A stretch of DNA of 64,000 nt from Vulcanimicrobiota bacterium (GCA_963795855.1 CAWCIZ010000003.1:320001-384000); one strand, 5' to 3'; shown: positions 21,795 through 33,833, counted from the stretch's first letter. Translations and numbers: made by a program. Notes: a model not told the origin generated them from the sequence alone.

Positions 21795-22776
21795 GTCCGA
21801 TCAGATGAGCAACAGCGTCGAGGATCTCGCCGCGAAACCGCTCCAGCGATTCCGGCGAATCATTGCCCGGCTTGCGAACCTGCACGTGCGGCACGCCGTA
21901 CGGCGCCCATTCTTGCGAGTTCAGCCGGAAGTAGCGATGTTCGAAAGCGACTACCGTAGGCCTGCGCATCGCGCTTGCGACATGCGTCGCACCGGTGTCC
22001 ACCGTCACGACCGCCCGTGCGCGTTCCACGACGGCGGCCCAGCGATAAAACGGCAGGCCGCCCAGGAGCACGTCGGCCAGACGCGACTCCGCAATCGCTT
22101 TGACGTACTGTTCGCACTCGGGCGCATACGTCACCACGAGCGGGACGCCGAACCGGCGCAGCCGTTTCATGAGCGTCAGCGTTGAATCGAACGTGCTGCC
22201 GTCGCGAAACCATCGCAAGCCCAGATGGAGTACGATCGGACTGTCCGGCAAATACGCGCTTGCCGCGCGATCTTCGTCGTTGACGTACAGCCGCAACTCG
22301 TCGACTCGCTTAGTTGCACCTGCCAGCGCGACCAAGTCCAACAGCTGCTGCACCTCGTGACGCACGGGCCGTTGCGGATTGCGATCGGCAAGACCGGGAT
22401 CCGCTTCGGAGATCATCAGGCGGTTCACGAACAGCGGCGCGGTCAGGCGCGCTGCATAGCGGCGCACGTACGTATATCCGATGCGCAGGCGCGCGCCAGT
22501 TCCGCCGGCGATGGCGAGATCGGTGCTTCGAGGTGCCAGCGCGATCGCGATGTCGGCGTTTCCCCGGTAGCGTCGACCAAAGTCACGCGGACGAACGTCG
22601 CTCGTGTACTCGACCAGTTCGTCGACGTCGCCGTTTCGCTCCATGACGATGCGATTGTACGGGCTGCACACCATCGTCAAATGCGCGTCGGGAAACGAGG
22701 CTCGCACCGTGGCGATTGCCGGCGTCGAAAGAATCAGATCGCCGATGCGATCGGTGCGCACCAAAACGATGCGCAT
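21787..22776 (-). CDS. GT9 glycosyltransferase (heptosyltransferase-like)
   Basis: RTDRIGDLILSTP and DTGATHVASA. Confidence 0.88.
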   Translation of the reverse strand: MRIVLVRTDRIGDLILSTPAIATVRASFPDAHLTMVCSPYNRIVMERNGDVDELVEYTSDVRPRDFGRRYRGNADIAIALAPRSTDLAIAGGTGARLRIGYTYVRRYAARLTAPLFVNRLMISEADPGLADRNPQRPVRHEVQQLLDLVALAGATKRVDELRLYVNDEDRAASAYLPDSPIVLHLGLRWFRDGSTFDSTLTLMKRLRRFGVPLVVTYAPECEQYVKAIAESRLADVLLGGLPFYRWAAVVERARAVVTVDTGATHVASAMRRPTVVAFEHRYFRLNSQEWAPYGVPHVQVRKPGNDSPESLERFRGEILDAVAHLIGHA

Positions 22777-23685
22777 CAATCGCCGGCCCGCACGCGTTCC
22801 AACTCCTCGAAATAGGCCTCGCCGGCGAGACCGCGTGCCGCGCGCGCTTCGCGCGCCGTCAGCGGACGATCGATCGAAACGTCCGCGAGCGCCGCGCGGT
22901 ACCGCCGTGCCATGTCGATGCCGCGCATCCACTTGTGCAAAAGGCGCTGGACGGCGTTGTCGCCGGTCGCCAGCGCGGTGCGCCAATGCGGATGCAGGCG
23001 CTGGAGCTGAACGGCGGTGCGCGCCTGCGCCTGCGCTTGACGGATCATTCTTTCCACGCTGCCGGCCCGCGGCCGCGGCTTGTAATGAAAAACCAAGGCG
23101 TTCTTGTTGAACACCGCTTTCACGCCGCCGAAGCGCAGCCGCAGGCCGACGTCGATGTCTTCCCACCCGTACTCGGCGAACGTTTCGTTGAATCCCCCGA
23201 TCTCACGAATGGTTTGAAGCGGCACCGAAACGTTCGTCGTCCAGAAATAGTTGCCGCTATAGTTCGTCAAATTCCACACCGGCGGCGGGAGATCGTCGAA
23301 CGACTCGACGTTGATCGCGGCGCCGCGAACGATCGCCAGCGGATGAGCCGCGTGCGTACGCAGATGCTGTTCTACGAAATTCGGCAACGGCAGGACGTCG
23401 TCGTCGATGAAGATGATGCGCTCGCCGCGCGCGCGTGAAATGCCGGCGTTGCGTCCTTTTGCCAGCCCGGAATTCGGCTGCTCGACGATGGCGAAGGGGC
23501 AGGCGGCGCGCTGCCTCGCGCGAGCTGAGGACCGCGGGAGTATCGTCCGTCGATCCGTCGTTGACCAGAACGACTTCGTACGAGTCCGCGGGCACGGTTT
23601 GCTCGAAGCACGCGTCCAGCACGCGCTCGAGCAGAGCGGCGCGATTGTACGTGCAGAGTTGGATCGTTGCCGTTAAACCGCTCAC
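22776..23685 (-). CDS. GT2 glycosyltransferase (frameshifted ~23450-23530)
   Basis: CTYNRA, NDGSTD, IFIDDD, YGWEDIDVG. Confidence 0.87.
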
Positions 23686-23700
23686 CCGCGGCCGTTTCGA

Positions 23701-24671
23701 CTAGGGCTTCTTCGGCGCCTCGGACTGCACGGGCATGCCGTCGATGCGAATGGGAGGGAAACCCACGATATCGTAGGTGCCCGAGGCCACCGCGATGCCG
23801 CAATCCTTGAATGCCGCAGAATGTCGCGAAACATCGCATCCTTGATTTCGCGAATGCCGCGGTCGGGCACGATGAAACGCAGCGCGAGATCGACCCAATT
23901 GTCGGTCATTTCGTAAAAGACCCGCGGCTCCACGTTCGGCGGCTTCAAGTCGAATACGTGTTCCAGATGCCGCCGCGCCTCGCCCGTCATCTGCGCGATC
24001 GGCGTCGTGTGCGCGCGAGCGACTTCGAGCAGGATCTGCTCGGCACGTTCGTAGTCGTCGTTATAGCCGACGCCGACGTGAATCTCTTCCCAAAGGAACG
24101 GAAAATCACGTGAATAGTTGTAGACCGGCTGATCGAAGATCACGCCGTTCGTGACGGTTACGATGCGCCCGCTGTACTGACGCGCCATCACCCACATCGC
24201 CGGATCCGCTTGGCTCTCGACGGACGGCGGCTGTCCCATCTCGAGCACCGTCGTTTGAAAGAAATCGAGCGCGATCACCTCGCCGCGCACGCCGCCGATG
24301 ATGACACGGTCTCCGATGCTGAACGTCTTACCGCGCAAAATGACGACGTATCCGGCGATGGCGATGATGAATTTCTGCAGCGCGAATGCGACGCCGGCAC
24401 CGACGAGGCCGCCCACCGTTGCGAGATGCGCATTCGGTCCGACCCAGATCGAGATGAGCGCAACGATGAAGAACACTGCGGTAAGCAGATTGATCGCTTG
24501 GTGACCCCAAAAGCGGAAGCGCTCCGCCCACGAGAACGAGCGCACGATCCGCAGCAGATAGTGCAGCGCATAGCGCGCAATGACGACGACCGCGATGAGC
24601 GTAGCGGTCAGCAGCACTTTCTCGCCGTTGAGCGCATTGACGCCTACGAGCGTCACGTGATAGAGGTGCAC
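23701..24671 (-). CDS. MscS-family mechanosensitive channel (frameshift ~23815)
   Basis: GAGVAFALQ, FSIGDRVIIGGVRGEV, NYSRDFPFLWEEI. Confidence 0.88.
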
Positions 24672-24711
24672 GAGAGGGTCATTCCCCGCTCGCAGCGCGT
24701 TTAGTGCGAAA

Positions 24712-25737
24712 CTACCGGGCGCTCAGCAGCGACTCGGCGGTTGCAATCACGCGCGGCACGTCGAGATGAGCGATGCACGCGTAATCCGGACACGTTTCTT
24801 TTCGTTCGCCGGGACGGCACGGGTAACTCGCGCGTACGACTGCGGTGCGTGCGCCAATCGGCGCCCAGCGCTCCGGCGTGTCGGTTTGAAATGGAAAGAT
24901 GCCGACCGTCGGCGCACCAACCGCCGCGGCTACGTGCATCGATCCGGTCGTTATCCCGACGAAGAGCCGCGCGGATTGCGCGAGCGCGCCGAACACGCCG
25001 ATCGTGGTCCTGCCGGCGACGTCGTGGATTTCCCCGTCGTCCGCGGCCCGCGCGAGAATGTCCGCGTTGATCGCTGCATCCGCCGTCGAGCCACTCAGCA
25101 GCACCGGCATATCGAAGCGCGCTCGGAGTGCGCGTGCAAGCGCGGCCCACCCTTCGGTCGGCCACAGACCGCGCTTGGGCGCGACGGCGTTCGTGGGATG
25201 CAGTACCACATATGCGTCGACGAAAACGTTCAGCTTCTGCAGCAGCGCCGCGGCCTGCGTGCGGTCTGCGCCGGTTGGCGTGAAATGCGGCGCCGTATCG
25301 GTTGTGTCGCACGCGATCGCGCGCGCATAGTCGAGCACGATCTCCGACCAGTGGCTGGTTACGTCGCCGAGTTCGCTTCGCACCGGCACGCGATGGGTGA
25401 AACGCCGCGAATACAGCCGCCTTGCCTGCCCGACGCGAACGGGTATGCCGGCTGCGTGTGCGATGCGCGCCGTGCGTGCCGTCGCCCACGTCACGACGCA
25501 CGCGTCATAGCGGCGCTCGCGCAGGCGATGCGCGACCTCGCTTTCATCTCCGTCGTCTACGAGCACGCCGTCGATATCCGGCACGCGTTCGAGCGCCTCG
25601 CGATGAGAAGGCAGCGTCAATGCATCCACCTCGCGATACCGCTCCCGCAGCGCGCGCGCGACGAGCGAGGCCATCAGCGAATCGCCGATCCCGCCTCCGG
25701 CGCAATAGACCAGCGCTCTAACGGGAGCGTTCGCCAC
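24712..25737 (-). CDS. GT9 glycosyltransferase (heptosyltransferase-like)
   Basis: GGGIGDSLM, TTGSMHVAAAVGAPTVGIF, RWAP, Cys cluster near the C-terminus. Confidence 0.88.
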   Translation of the reverse strand: MANAPVRALVYCAGGGIGDSLMASLVARALRERYREVDALTLPSHREALERVPDIDGVLVDDGDESEVAHRLRERRYDACVVTWATARTARIAHAAGIPVRVGQARRLYSRRFTHRVPVRSELGDVTSHWSEIVLDYARAIACDTTDTAPHFTPTGADRTQAAALLQKLNVFVDAYVVLHPTNAVAPKRGLWPTEGWAALARALRARFDMPVLLSGSTADAAINADILARAADDGEIHDVAGRTTIGVFGALAQSARLFVGITTGSMHVAAAVGAPTVGIFPFQTDTPERWAPIGARTAVVRASYPCRPGERKETCPDYACIAHLDVPRVIATAESLLSAR

Positions 25738-26610
25738 CGGTTCCGTTGCCGAGCGCGCGTGCGAGTTCGACGGTGTACATCCCGTCCAGCAATTGCGCGC
25801 GCGCGAAGCCGCGAATTGCTGATGGGATGGCCTCATCCGTCGCGGCGCCCGCAAACCACGGCAGGAGCGGCTCGAGCGCTTTGGCACGCAGCAAATTCGC
25901 GGCATGCGCTCCGGTTGCCGACTTCACGCGCGGGCTTGCATTCTTCTGCAAAAAGCGCACGGCCATGCGCGCCTTTTCGACCGACTTTTGAAGTTCGGAT
26001 TCGAGCGTTGCGTCGTGCGGCGGCTTGACGTGCCAAATGTACGCGTTCCATGCGAATTTCCCGCGGATCCCGTGCTCGCGCAGACGCACGCCAAGTTCCG
26101 TATCCTCCCACCCGTACAAATGAAACGCTTCGTCGAATCCACCGACCGCGTCGAGCGCAACCTTCGGCACCGAAACGTTGCACGTGCAGAAAAAGGCGCG
26201 CGAATAGTTCGCGAGCGAGGGTTTCGGCCTGACGTCATAGCCGGGAACGTTGACGATCGGGCCGCTGACGGCGAGGTTGCTCAGCGTATGTGCCGCGTCG
26301 TGAGCCGACAGAAATCCGGGCGGCGCGTACACGTCGTCATCGCAAAACAGCACGAGGTGCCCGCTCGCCACGGAGATGCCGCGATTGCGCGCGGCGCCCC
26401 GATTCGGGCTGCGCCTCGAAAACGTACGACTATCGGATACGGTTGGGTGGAACGCGCGCGTTCGACGATTTCGTGCGTTGCATCGCTCGACCCGTTATCG
26501 ACGACCACGACTTCGAACGTCGGGGCGCCCACTTGTTTGCCGAATGCGTCGAGCGCGCGTTCCAAGTACGCGGCGCGGTCTTTTGTTGCGATGACGATGG
26601 AAAGACGCAT
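25718..26610 (-). CDS. GT2 glycosyltransferase (frameshifted ~26400)
   Basis: SIVIATKDR, DNGSSD, FCDDD, YGWEDTELG. Confidence 0.87.
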
Positions 26611-26613
26611 ACG

Positions 26614-27840
26614 TTATCCCCGATGCAGCGAAAGAACTCGTTCCGCCATGCGCGCCGCCGCGCCGACGTGTTCGCGATACAGCGCGCTCAGTGCCTGCGA
26701 CGAACGCTCGAGCCACCCGTCGTCGCGGAGACGGTCGAGCGTGACCCGCGCGACGCGGCCCGGCGTCAGCGTGCCGTGCAATTCTTCGATAAGCATTTCA
26801 CCCGCATCCATGTTCGGTTGCGTGTGGAACGTGAACCGCCGGGCATACGCGACGACGGCGGCGCGTTTGAGCGGCGCGCCGACCAGCGGAATGCGGTCCA
26901 GATATGTGAGCGGCCCGTTGATCGTCGACCAGTTCGGGCGCGTTCGCCGGGCGTGCACGCGATAGCGGGCTTACCTAGCGCGGCGAGTTCGATCATCTTC
27001 GTTCCCGGAATCGTCACCGTCAGGTGCGCTACGCGCGCCGCGGAGCAGAGCGTTGCGCACGATCGGGAAACCGAGCGCTGCCGTCGGCAGTCGTCAAAAA
27101 GGCGCTTCCAATTGCGTTCGCGGACGGTGCCGCGCCGCGCGAACATACGCGGATCGCCGCCGCGTTCTACCGCGTCGCGAACGGCTGCTATCTCGGTGAA
27201 CGGCGAGATGCCGAACGCGATCGGCAGCGAGGGATCCTCGCGCCGCATCGTCAGTGCGGCCGTAAAGAAAAACGGCATGAGATGCTCGACTTCGTAGCGG
27301 CGCGATCCGGGCATGAAGAGTACGCCGCCCGCGGGCGCTCCGCTTTCCGGCGGCGAGAGCGCTTCGACGCAGCGCGCCGTCGATCGCGAGATTGCCGACG
27401 CGGTCGATGCGATCGCGCGCAACGCCCCACGCTGCGAGCTGTGCCGCGTTTGCCTCGTCGACCGCGAATGCGCAATGCCGTTGCCGGCAGCGTAGCGCGG
27501 CCGCGAAAATTTGTACGTTGCCAGCGCACCGCCGAAGCGCTTGCGCAGGCGAGCCGCGTGCATCAAGTCCCCGCCCAGATACAGCACCGCGTCCGCGGCT
27601 TGCGGGGCTCCGTCGACGCGCGCGCCGAAAGCGATGCGCAGGTACGTTTTCGGATCGTAAACGTGCGCCGCGGAAAACCATTCGCGAACCACACTGTGCT
27701 TCGCGGCCGGTCGCGTAATCGTCGGGCACGTAGAAGACGTGCACGTCGCTTCGCGGGTCCCGAGCGTAAAGTTCGCGCAGAAACGGACGCAGCCACCCGG
27801 CGGTTTCGCCCGGGCCGTTGCACGTGACCGCCAGGCGCAT
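26614..27840 (-). CDS. Lipid-A-disaccharide synthase (LpxB)-related GT-B protein (multiple frameshifts)
   Basis: CNGPGETAGW, LYLGGD, MPGSR, TIPGTK..ELAALGKP, PNM, GAAARM pieces spread over several frames. Confidence 0.7.
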
Positions 27841-28341
27841 CAGCGATACCGCTGCAAGATGCGCGCGATGATGTCGGTCGTGCTCGCTCCCTGAACGTGC
27901 GGCGCAAGGCGAATCACGCCGCCATGCCGCAGGACGACGTCGCGTTCGGGCAACTCCTCTTCGCGATATTGCGCGCTCTTCACGTGAACGTCAGGTCGCA
28001 CGCGATCGAGCAGACACCTCCGGCGTGCGTTCGTCGAATCCCACGACCGCGTCCACGCTGCGCAGCGCGCACAGAATGCGTGCGCGTTCTTCGAACGGGC
28101 ACGATCGGACGGTTCTCGCCCTTTATGCGGCGTACCGAATCGTCACCGTTCAACCCGACGATCAGCGCGTCGCCTTGTTCGCGCGCCCACGCGAGATACG
28201 ACACATGTCCGGCGTGCAGCACGTCGAAGCAGCCGTTCGTGAAGACGACACGCTTGCCGTTGCGCGCGCAAGCGCTTCCCGCCAAGCGCCGCATCGTCGA
28301 GCGACAAGCAGATTGCCGAAAAGCGCTTCAGCGCGTTCCAT
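27840..28341 (-). CDS. D-glycero-manno-heptose-1-phosphate adenylyltransferase (RfaE2/HldC; frameshifted)
   Basis: [36 protein letters not shown]. Confidence 0.9.
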
Positions 28342-29310
28342 GATCGACCAGCGCAAGAATTTCATCTGCGGAGGCCGTTGCCGTGCCGAGTTTTTCGACG
28401 ACGGCGCCGGCGGCATAATTTGCGAGCTGCATCGCCAGCTCGATCGATGCGCCCGCCGCGAGCGCGAGTGAGAGCACGGCGATCACCGTGTCGCCGGCAC
28501 CGCTGACGTCGAAGACCGTGCGCGCAACCGATGGAATGTGCAGGCGTTCCCGTCACGCCCGAAGAGCGACATCCCATGCTCGCCACGCGTGATGACGACG
28601 TAGCGGCAATCCAACGATCTGCAATAACGCGGCGCCGGCGCGTTCGAGCGAGTCTTCGTCGCCGATGGCAATACCGGCGGCCTGCGCCGCTTCGTGCGCG
28701 TTGGGCGCGACGCACGTGACGCCGCGAAACAGCTGGAGATTTTGCGGCTTCGGATCCGCCACCACGATCGGACATGCCAGCGCCGCTTCGACGATTTCGC
28801 GGCAGAACAGCCCCTTCGCGTAGTCGCTAAGGACGACGGCGTCCGCATCGGCGCGCATACGTGCGAACGAAATCGTACGAGACGGTCGCGATCGTCCGCG
28901 GCGAGCGGCGCGGTCGATTCCCAATCCGCGCGCACGACTTGCTGATTGTGCGCGACGACGCGCGTCTTGCGCGTCGTAGGGCGGTCGCTCACGCGCACGA
29001 GGCCGTCACCCGAGATGCCCTCATTGGCGAGGATGTCCGCCACGTAGTGCGCGAACGCGTCCGTCCCGATCGCACCGGCGAACGTTACCCGCGCGTCCAG
29101 CGCGCGCAAGTTGTTCGCGACGTTTCCCGCGCCGCCGAGCGTGAACGAGTGGTCCGTCACCTGCACCACCGGCACCGGCGCTTCCGGCGAAATGCGCGTG
29201 ACCGTCCCCCAAATCCATTCGTCGATCATAACGTCGCCCACGACGAGCAAATGCCGTTTGCGCATGCGTTCGAAAAGCGCGCGCGCATCCGGCGCCGCAA
29301 GCATCTGCAT
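28328..29310 (-). CDS. D-glycero-manno-heptose-7-phosphate kinase (RfaE1/HldA; frameshifted)
   Basis: [36 protein letters not shown]. Confidence 0.92.
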
Positions 29311-29314
29311 GGCT

Positions 29315-29908
29315 TTACCGCTCGAACATGATGCGCTGTTCGACCAGATCGCAGACGATGTGCGCCATCGTCTGATGTACTTCTTGCACGATGGCGGAGT
29401 AGCCGTCGGGGCCGAGCAGGACCAAGTCCGCGATAGCCGCGACCGTTCCGCCGCCGTTTCCGGTGAAGGCGACGGTGACTGCATCGCGGCGCTTGGCCTC
29501 TTCGAACGCAAGGACGATGTTCTTCGACGTGCCGCTGGTCGTCAATCCGACAACGACGTCGCCCGGCTGGACGAACGCTTCGATTTGGCGGCGGAAAACG
29601 TGATCGTATCCGTAGTCATTGCCTATGGCCGTCAACGTCGAGGTATTCACCGACAGCGCTTCGCTATGCAGACCGGGCCGCTCGCGCAGAAACCGTCCAC
29701 TCAACTCGGCGGCCATGTGCTGCGCCTCGGCAGCGCTGCCGCCGTTGCCCATCCACAGCACTTTGTTGCCGCGCCGCAGCGCCTTGACCATCGTATCCGC
29801 GATCGCTTCGCACTGCGCACGGTAATGCGGCGCATCGTAAATGCCGCGCCGGTCGGCGATCAGCTCGTCGAAACCGCGCTTGCCTTTGACGTCTACGGTT
29901 CTATCCAA
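29315..29908 (-). CDS. gmhA: Sedoheptulose-7-phosphate isomerase
   Basis: GNGGSAAEAQH, IGNDYGY, TSGTS, QEVH. Confidence 0.93.
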   Translation of the reverse strand: MDRTVDVKGKRGFDELIADRRGIYDAPHYRAQCEAIADTMVKALRRGNKVLWMGNGGSAAEAQHMAAELSGRFLRERPGLHSEALSVNTSTLTAIGNDYGYDHVFRRQIEAFVQPGDVVVGLTTSGTSKNIVLAFEEAKRRDAVTVAFTGNGGGTVAAIADLVLLGPDGYSAIVQEVHQTMAHIVCDLVEQRIMFER

Positions 29909-30342
29909 AACAGCTCCTGACCCAGCGAGACGAGTTCGCCGTTCTCCGGTACGATGCGCGTGATGACGCCTGCGTGATCGCTCGTGATTTCGTTGAACAG
30001 CTTCATGGCTTCGAGAATGCACAACACTTGACCGGCCTCGACGCGGTCGCCGACTTTCACGTAAACTTCGGCGTCGGGCGAGGGCGAGCGGTAAAAGACC
30101 CCAACCAGCGGCGCGGTGACCTTTTTGACGTTCGCCGACGCGGAGGGCGCGCTCGTGCCGGGTGCGAGTGAAGACGCGTCCGCGGACGGGAAGGCACTTG
30201 CCGCCGCACCGGGGAGCACCGTGATGCCGGCCTCCCGCCGGACGAGTTCGAACACCTTGTCGCCGATTTTGACCTTGAGGGCGTCCAGGTCGTGCTCGTG
30301 CATGATCTCGAGCAAGTCCTTGAGCGTCTGCGTTTCGTCCAC
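29893..30342 (-). CDS. accB: Acetyl-CoA carboxylase biotin carboxyl carrier protein
   Basis: APLVGVFYRSPSP and EAMK biotinylation motif. Confidence 0.94.
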   Translation of the reverse strand: MDETQTLKDLLEIMHEHDLDALKVKIGDKVFELVRREAGITVLPGAAASAFPSADASSLAPGTSAPSASANVKKVTAPLVGVFYRSPSPDAEVYVKVGDRVEAGQVLCILEAMKLFNEITSDHAGVITRIVPENGELVSLGQELFWIEP

Positions 30343-30346
30343 TTTT

Positions 30347-30785
30347 AAAGGCGCTCCGCCCTAGGCTGCGCGCCCCCCATCGGAGATGGGGCCCCCAGTA
30401 CTTCATGGCGCCTCAACATGCCGGCGATATGCGCTCTCCCCGTGGGCGCCGCAACGATCGGATCAATCGAAAGGCGCTCCGCCCTAGGCTGCGCGCCCCC
30501 ATCGGAGATGGGGCCCCCAGTACTTCATGGCGCCTCAACATACCGGCGATATGCGCTCTCCCCGTGGGCGCCGCAACGATGCGATCGATCGAAAGGCGCT
30601 CCGCCCTAGGCTGCGCGCCCCCCATCGGAGATGGGGCCCCCAGTACTTCATGGCGCCTCAACATACCGGCGATATGCGCTCTCCCCGTGGGCGCCGCAAC
30701 GATGCGGATCAATCGAAAGGCGCTCCGCCCTAGGCTGCGCGCCCCCCATCGGAGACGGGGCCCCCAACGTGGGCGCCGCAACGAT
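30347..30785. repeat. Tandem array of ~3.5 units of ~123 bp between hisS and accB
   Basis: AAAGGCGCTCCGCCCTAGG starts at 30347, 30470, 30592 and 30716; the last unit is internally deleted. Confidence 0.97.
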
Positions 30786-30796
30786 TGAATGCATCA

Positions 30797-32064
30797 TCAA
30801 CCCACCATTTCAACAAGCTGCGGCACGAGGTCTTTTCCGAGGCCGACGCGCTCGTCGGTCCGCTGCTGCAAATCGCGCAGCACCGCCTGCCCCTGCTGCA
30901 GTTCGTCCGTTCCCACGATCAGCGCATACCGCGCGTTGTTCTTGTCCGCGGTTTTCGAGCTGCGCGAGCAGTTTGCGATCCTCGAAGTCCATGAAGATCG
31001 GCACGCTCAGCGCATAGCGCAGCAGCGCCGCGAGGATGACCAGCACGCCGCGGGCTTGCGGCCCCAGCGCGATCACTTGGATGCCGCTGCGTTCGAACTC
31101 CATCGACGCGCCCGAAGCCGCGACGGCGATGAGCAGCCGCTCTAAACCCAAGCCGAAGCCCACGGACGGAACGTTGGGGCCGCCGAGCGACTTGATGAGC
31201 GCATCGTACCGCCCCCCGGCGCAAATCGTGCTTTGCGCTCCCAGCGACTCGGACACGAATTCGAAAACCGTTCGCGTGTAATAATCGAGCCCTCGGACGA
31301 TCCGGGGATTGACGACGAACGGAATTCCGAGTTGCGTGAGGTAGCGCTTCACCGCTTCGAAATGCTCGCGGCATGCATCGCACAGGTACGCTTCGAATTT
31401 CGGCGCGCCGTCCAGCAGCGGCTGATCCTCCGGCGCCTTGCTGTCGAGCAGGCGCAGCGGATTGCGCTCCAGCCGGCGTTGCGAATCTTCACTCAAGCTC
31501 TGCGCGTGCGGGCGAAAATGTTCGAGCAGTGCTTCCCGATAGCGCGGCCTGCATTCGTCGTCGCCGATCGAGTTCACGTTCAGGACCGGCGTCAACGCCG
31601 TACGAGCGAAACAAATGCATACCGAGCGCGATCACCTCCGCGTCGGCTTCAGGACCTTTGAAACCCGTGCACTCCACGCCGAACTGGTGCGCCTGCCGAT
31701 AGCGCCCGGCTTGCGGGCGTTCGTACCGGTAGATCGGCCCAATGTAATACAGCCGCTGCGGCCCTTCGTTGAACAAGTTGCGCTGCAGGGCGGCGCGTAC
31801 GACGGGCGCCGTCCATTCCGGACGCAGCGTCATCGAACGGCCGCCTTTGTCCACGAACGTGTACATCTCTTTCTCGACGATGTCCGTTGTGTCGCCTACG
31901 CCGCGCACGAAGAGATCCGTCGACTCGAACGTCGGCGTTCGCACCTCGCCGTACCCGTAGCGGCGCGCGAGCACGTGAATGCGGGACTCCAGTTCCTGCC
32001 ACCGCCCAGTCTCCGGCGGAAAGAAATCTTGCGTCCCGCGCGGCGCGGCGATCTTCGAGGACAT
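30797..32064 (-). CDS. hisS: Histidine-tRNA ligase (frameshifts ~31595 and ~30955)
   Basis: PRGTQD, KEMYTF, LRPE, RYERPQAGRYR, RGLDYY, GGRYD, GLERL. Confidence 0.96.
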
Positions 32065-32102
32065 GGCGAGGGTGATTGGCGGACAGGGCGGTATGCTACT
32101 GC

Positions 32103-33812
32103 ATGAAGATTCGTCTCGTTGCCGCGGGCGTCGCACTCGCCGCGCTGGTGCTTGCGCCGGTCCTGTCAGCTGCCGTTGCGCCGGCGGGACCTACCTCCGA
32201 TCAAGTCGACCGGCTGCTCGCGGGTCGCATCAAGCACGTCTTCATCATCTATCAGGAGAACCGATCGTTCGATTCCGAGTTCGGCACGTTTCCCGGAGCA
32301 AACGGGGTCTGGTCGGCACAGGCGCGTGACGGAGGCTTCCGTCAAATCGATCCGGCGACGGGCCAAAGCGTAACGCCGTTTCGGCTGACCGATCCCGACG
32401 TCTATTACGAAAGCAACGATCGCGCCGTGCAGTTGAAAGCGTTCGACGGCGGAAAGATGGATGCGTTCGTTTCGGCGCAAGGCAAAGCGGTGCTCGCGTA
32501 CCAAAAGGCGGCGACGCCGGCGCAGCAGTTTTCCGTCGGCGCGGAATCCATGTATCACATCGATTGCGCCACCATTCCATACTTATGGGCGTACGCCGAA
32601 CGCTTCACGCTCTTCGACGACTTTTATCAGGCATTACGCGCCCCATCGACGCCGAGCAACGTCGAAATCATTGCAGCCCAAAACGGCTTGACCGAGTACG
32701 CGCGGCACTCGGGCGAACGGGCACCGGCAGCCGACGATCCCGGCGATCCAATCTTCAGCGATTTGGACCCGGCGTTCGGGCCATACAATCCCGCGCAGCC
32801 GCCCAGGCGCAAGCAAATCGATCAGACGTACGCAAACGTGCTGCTGACGATGCAGCGTCACAGCGTTGGAGCCGTCACGCAAGACACGGACGACGTGCGC
32901 GAAGACAAGAGCGTCATCGCGAAGCTCGCGGGCGCCGCTATTCCGTGGCGCTGGTATGAAGAAGGGTACGCCGGGGCGCAGCACGTCGGTTTGGTCGCAC
33001 ATCATCTCGCGCCGCAGTATTTCGGATACGTCGTGAAAAACGGATCGATGGCCGGCAACATGCGGGACGTCACCTCATTCTATACCGATCTCGCGCAAGG
33101 GCGGCTTCCCGAGCGCGGTGTTTTCTACGTCAAAGGGGGCTCGCACAATACGCTGGGCCTCAAGCCGGCGAATGCGGATCCGTTCGTACAGACGCACTAC
33201 CTCGGCGATGACGATCATCCGGGATACACCGATTCGCAGATTTCCGAAGCGTTCGTCGCGTCGGCGGTATCGGCAATCGCTCGGAGCAAATATTGGAAGG
33301 ACAGCGCAATCGTCATCACGTGGGACGATCTCGGCGGATTCTGGGATCACGTCGCTCCGCACGATTTCGAGATGTGTCCCGACGGTAATCCGTGCGGCGA
33401 CGGCGCGCGCGTTCCGGCTCTCGTGATTTCGCCATTCGGAAAGAGCGGCGTCGTGGTGCACGATTTCAACGATCAGGACTCGGTGATCAAGTTTGTCGAA
33501 ACGGTGTTCGGTTTGCCGGCGCTTGCAACGCTGCCCGACGAGAAAAAGTATCTGCCTCTGGGCCCGCGCGATTCGAATACGCTGATCTCGAATCTGCGCG
33601 GCGCGTTCGATTACGATCGGCTTTCCGGAAGGAAAGCGCCGCTGTCACCGGCGGCGGCGATCTTTGCGGATGGCACGATTCGCACCATTCCCGCTCCACT
33701 GACGTGCAGCGATATCGGCGTTCAGCCGGTTCCGCCGCCGCCGGGAGTGAGCGATTCGCCGCCGCCCGGGTTCGATCCGCGCCCGTTCGCGCCGACGCCG
33801 CCGACCCACTAG
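32103..33812 (+). CDS. Secreted phosphoesterase (phospholipase C/acid phosphatase family)
   Basis: Signal peptide, QENRSFD, TWDDLGGFWDHV, GARVPALVISP. Confidence 0.88.
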   Translation: MKIRLVAAGVALAALVLAPVLSAAVAPAGPTSDQVDRLLAGRIKHVFIIYQENRSFDSEFGTFPGANGVWSAQARDGGFRQIDPATGQSVTPFRLTDPDVYYESNDRAVQLKAFDGGKMDAFVSAQGKAVLAYQKAATPAQQFSVGAESMYHIDCATIPYLWAYAERFTLFDDFYQALRAPSTPSNVEIIAAQNGLTEYARHSGERAPAADDPGDPIFSDLDPAFGPYNPAQPPRRKQIDQTYANVLLTMQRHSVGAVTQDTDDVREDKSVIAKLAGAAIPWRWYEEGYAGAQHVGLVAHHLAPQYFGYVVKNGSMAGNMRDVTSFYTDLAQGRLPERGVFYVKGGSHNTLGLKPANADPFVQTHYLGDDDHPGYTDSQISEAFVASAVSAIARSKYWKDSAIVITWDDLGGFWDHVAPHDFEMCPDGNPCGDGARVPALVISPFGKSGVVVHDFNDQDSVIKFVETVFGLPALATLPDEKKYLPLGPRDSNTLISNLRGAFDYDRLSGRKAPLSPAAAIFADGTIRTIPAPLTCSDIGVQPVPPPPGVSDSPPPGFDPRPFAPTPPTH

Positions 33813-33833
33813 CCGTCACGCCGAACGGCGTGA

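Noticed and set aside
30347..30785. The tandem arrays as CRISPR
   Set aside because: Whole units are repeated with no unique spacers, units exceed 100 bp, and no cas genes are present
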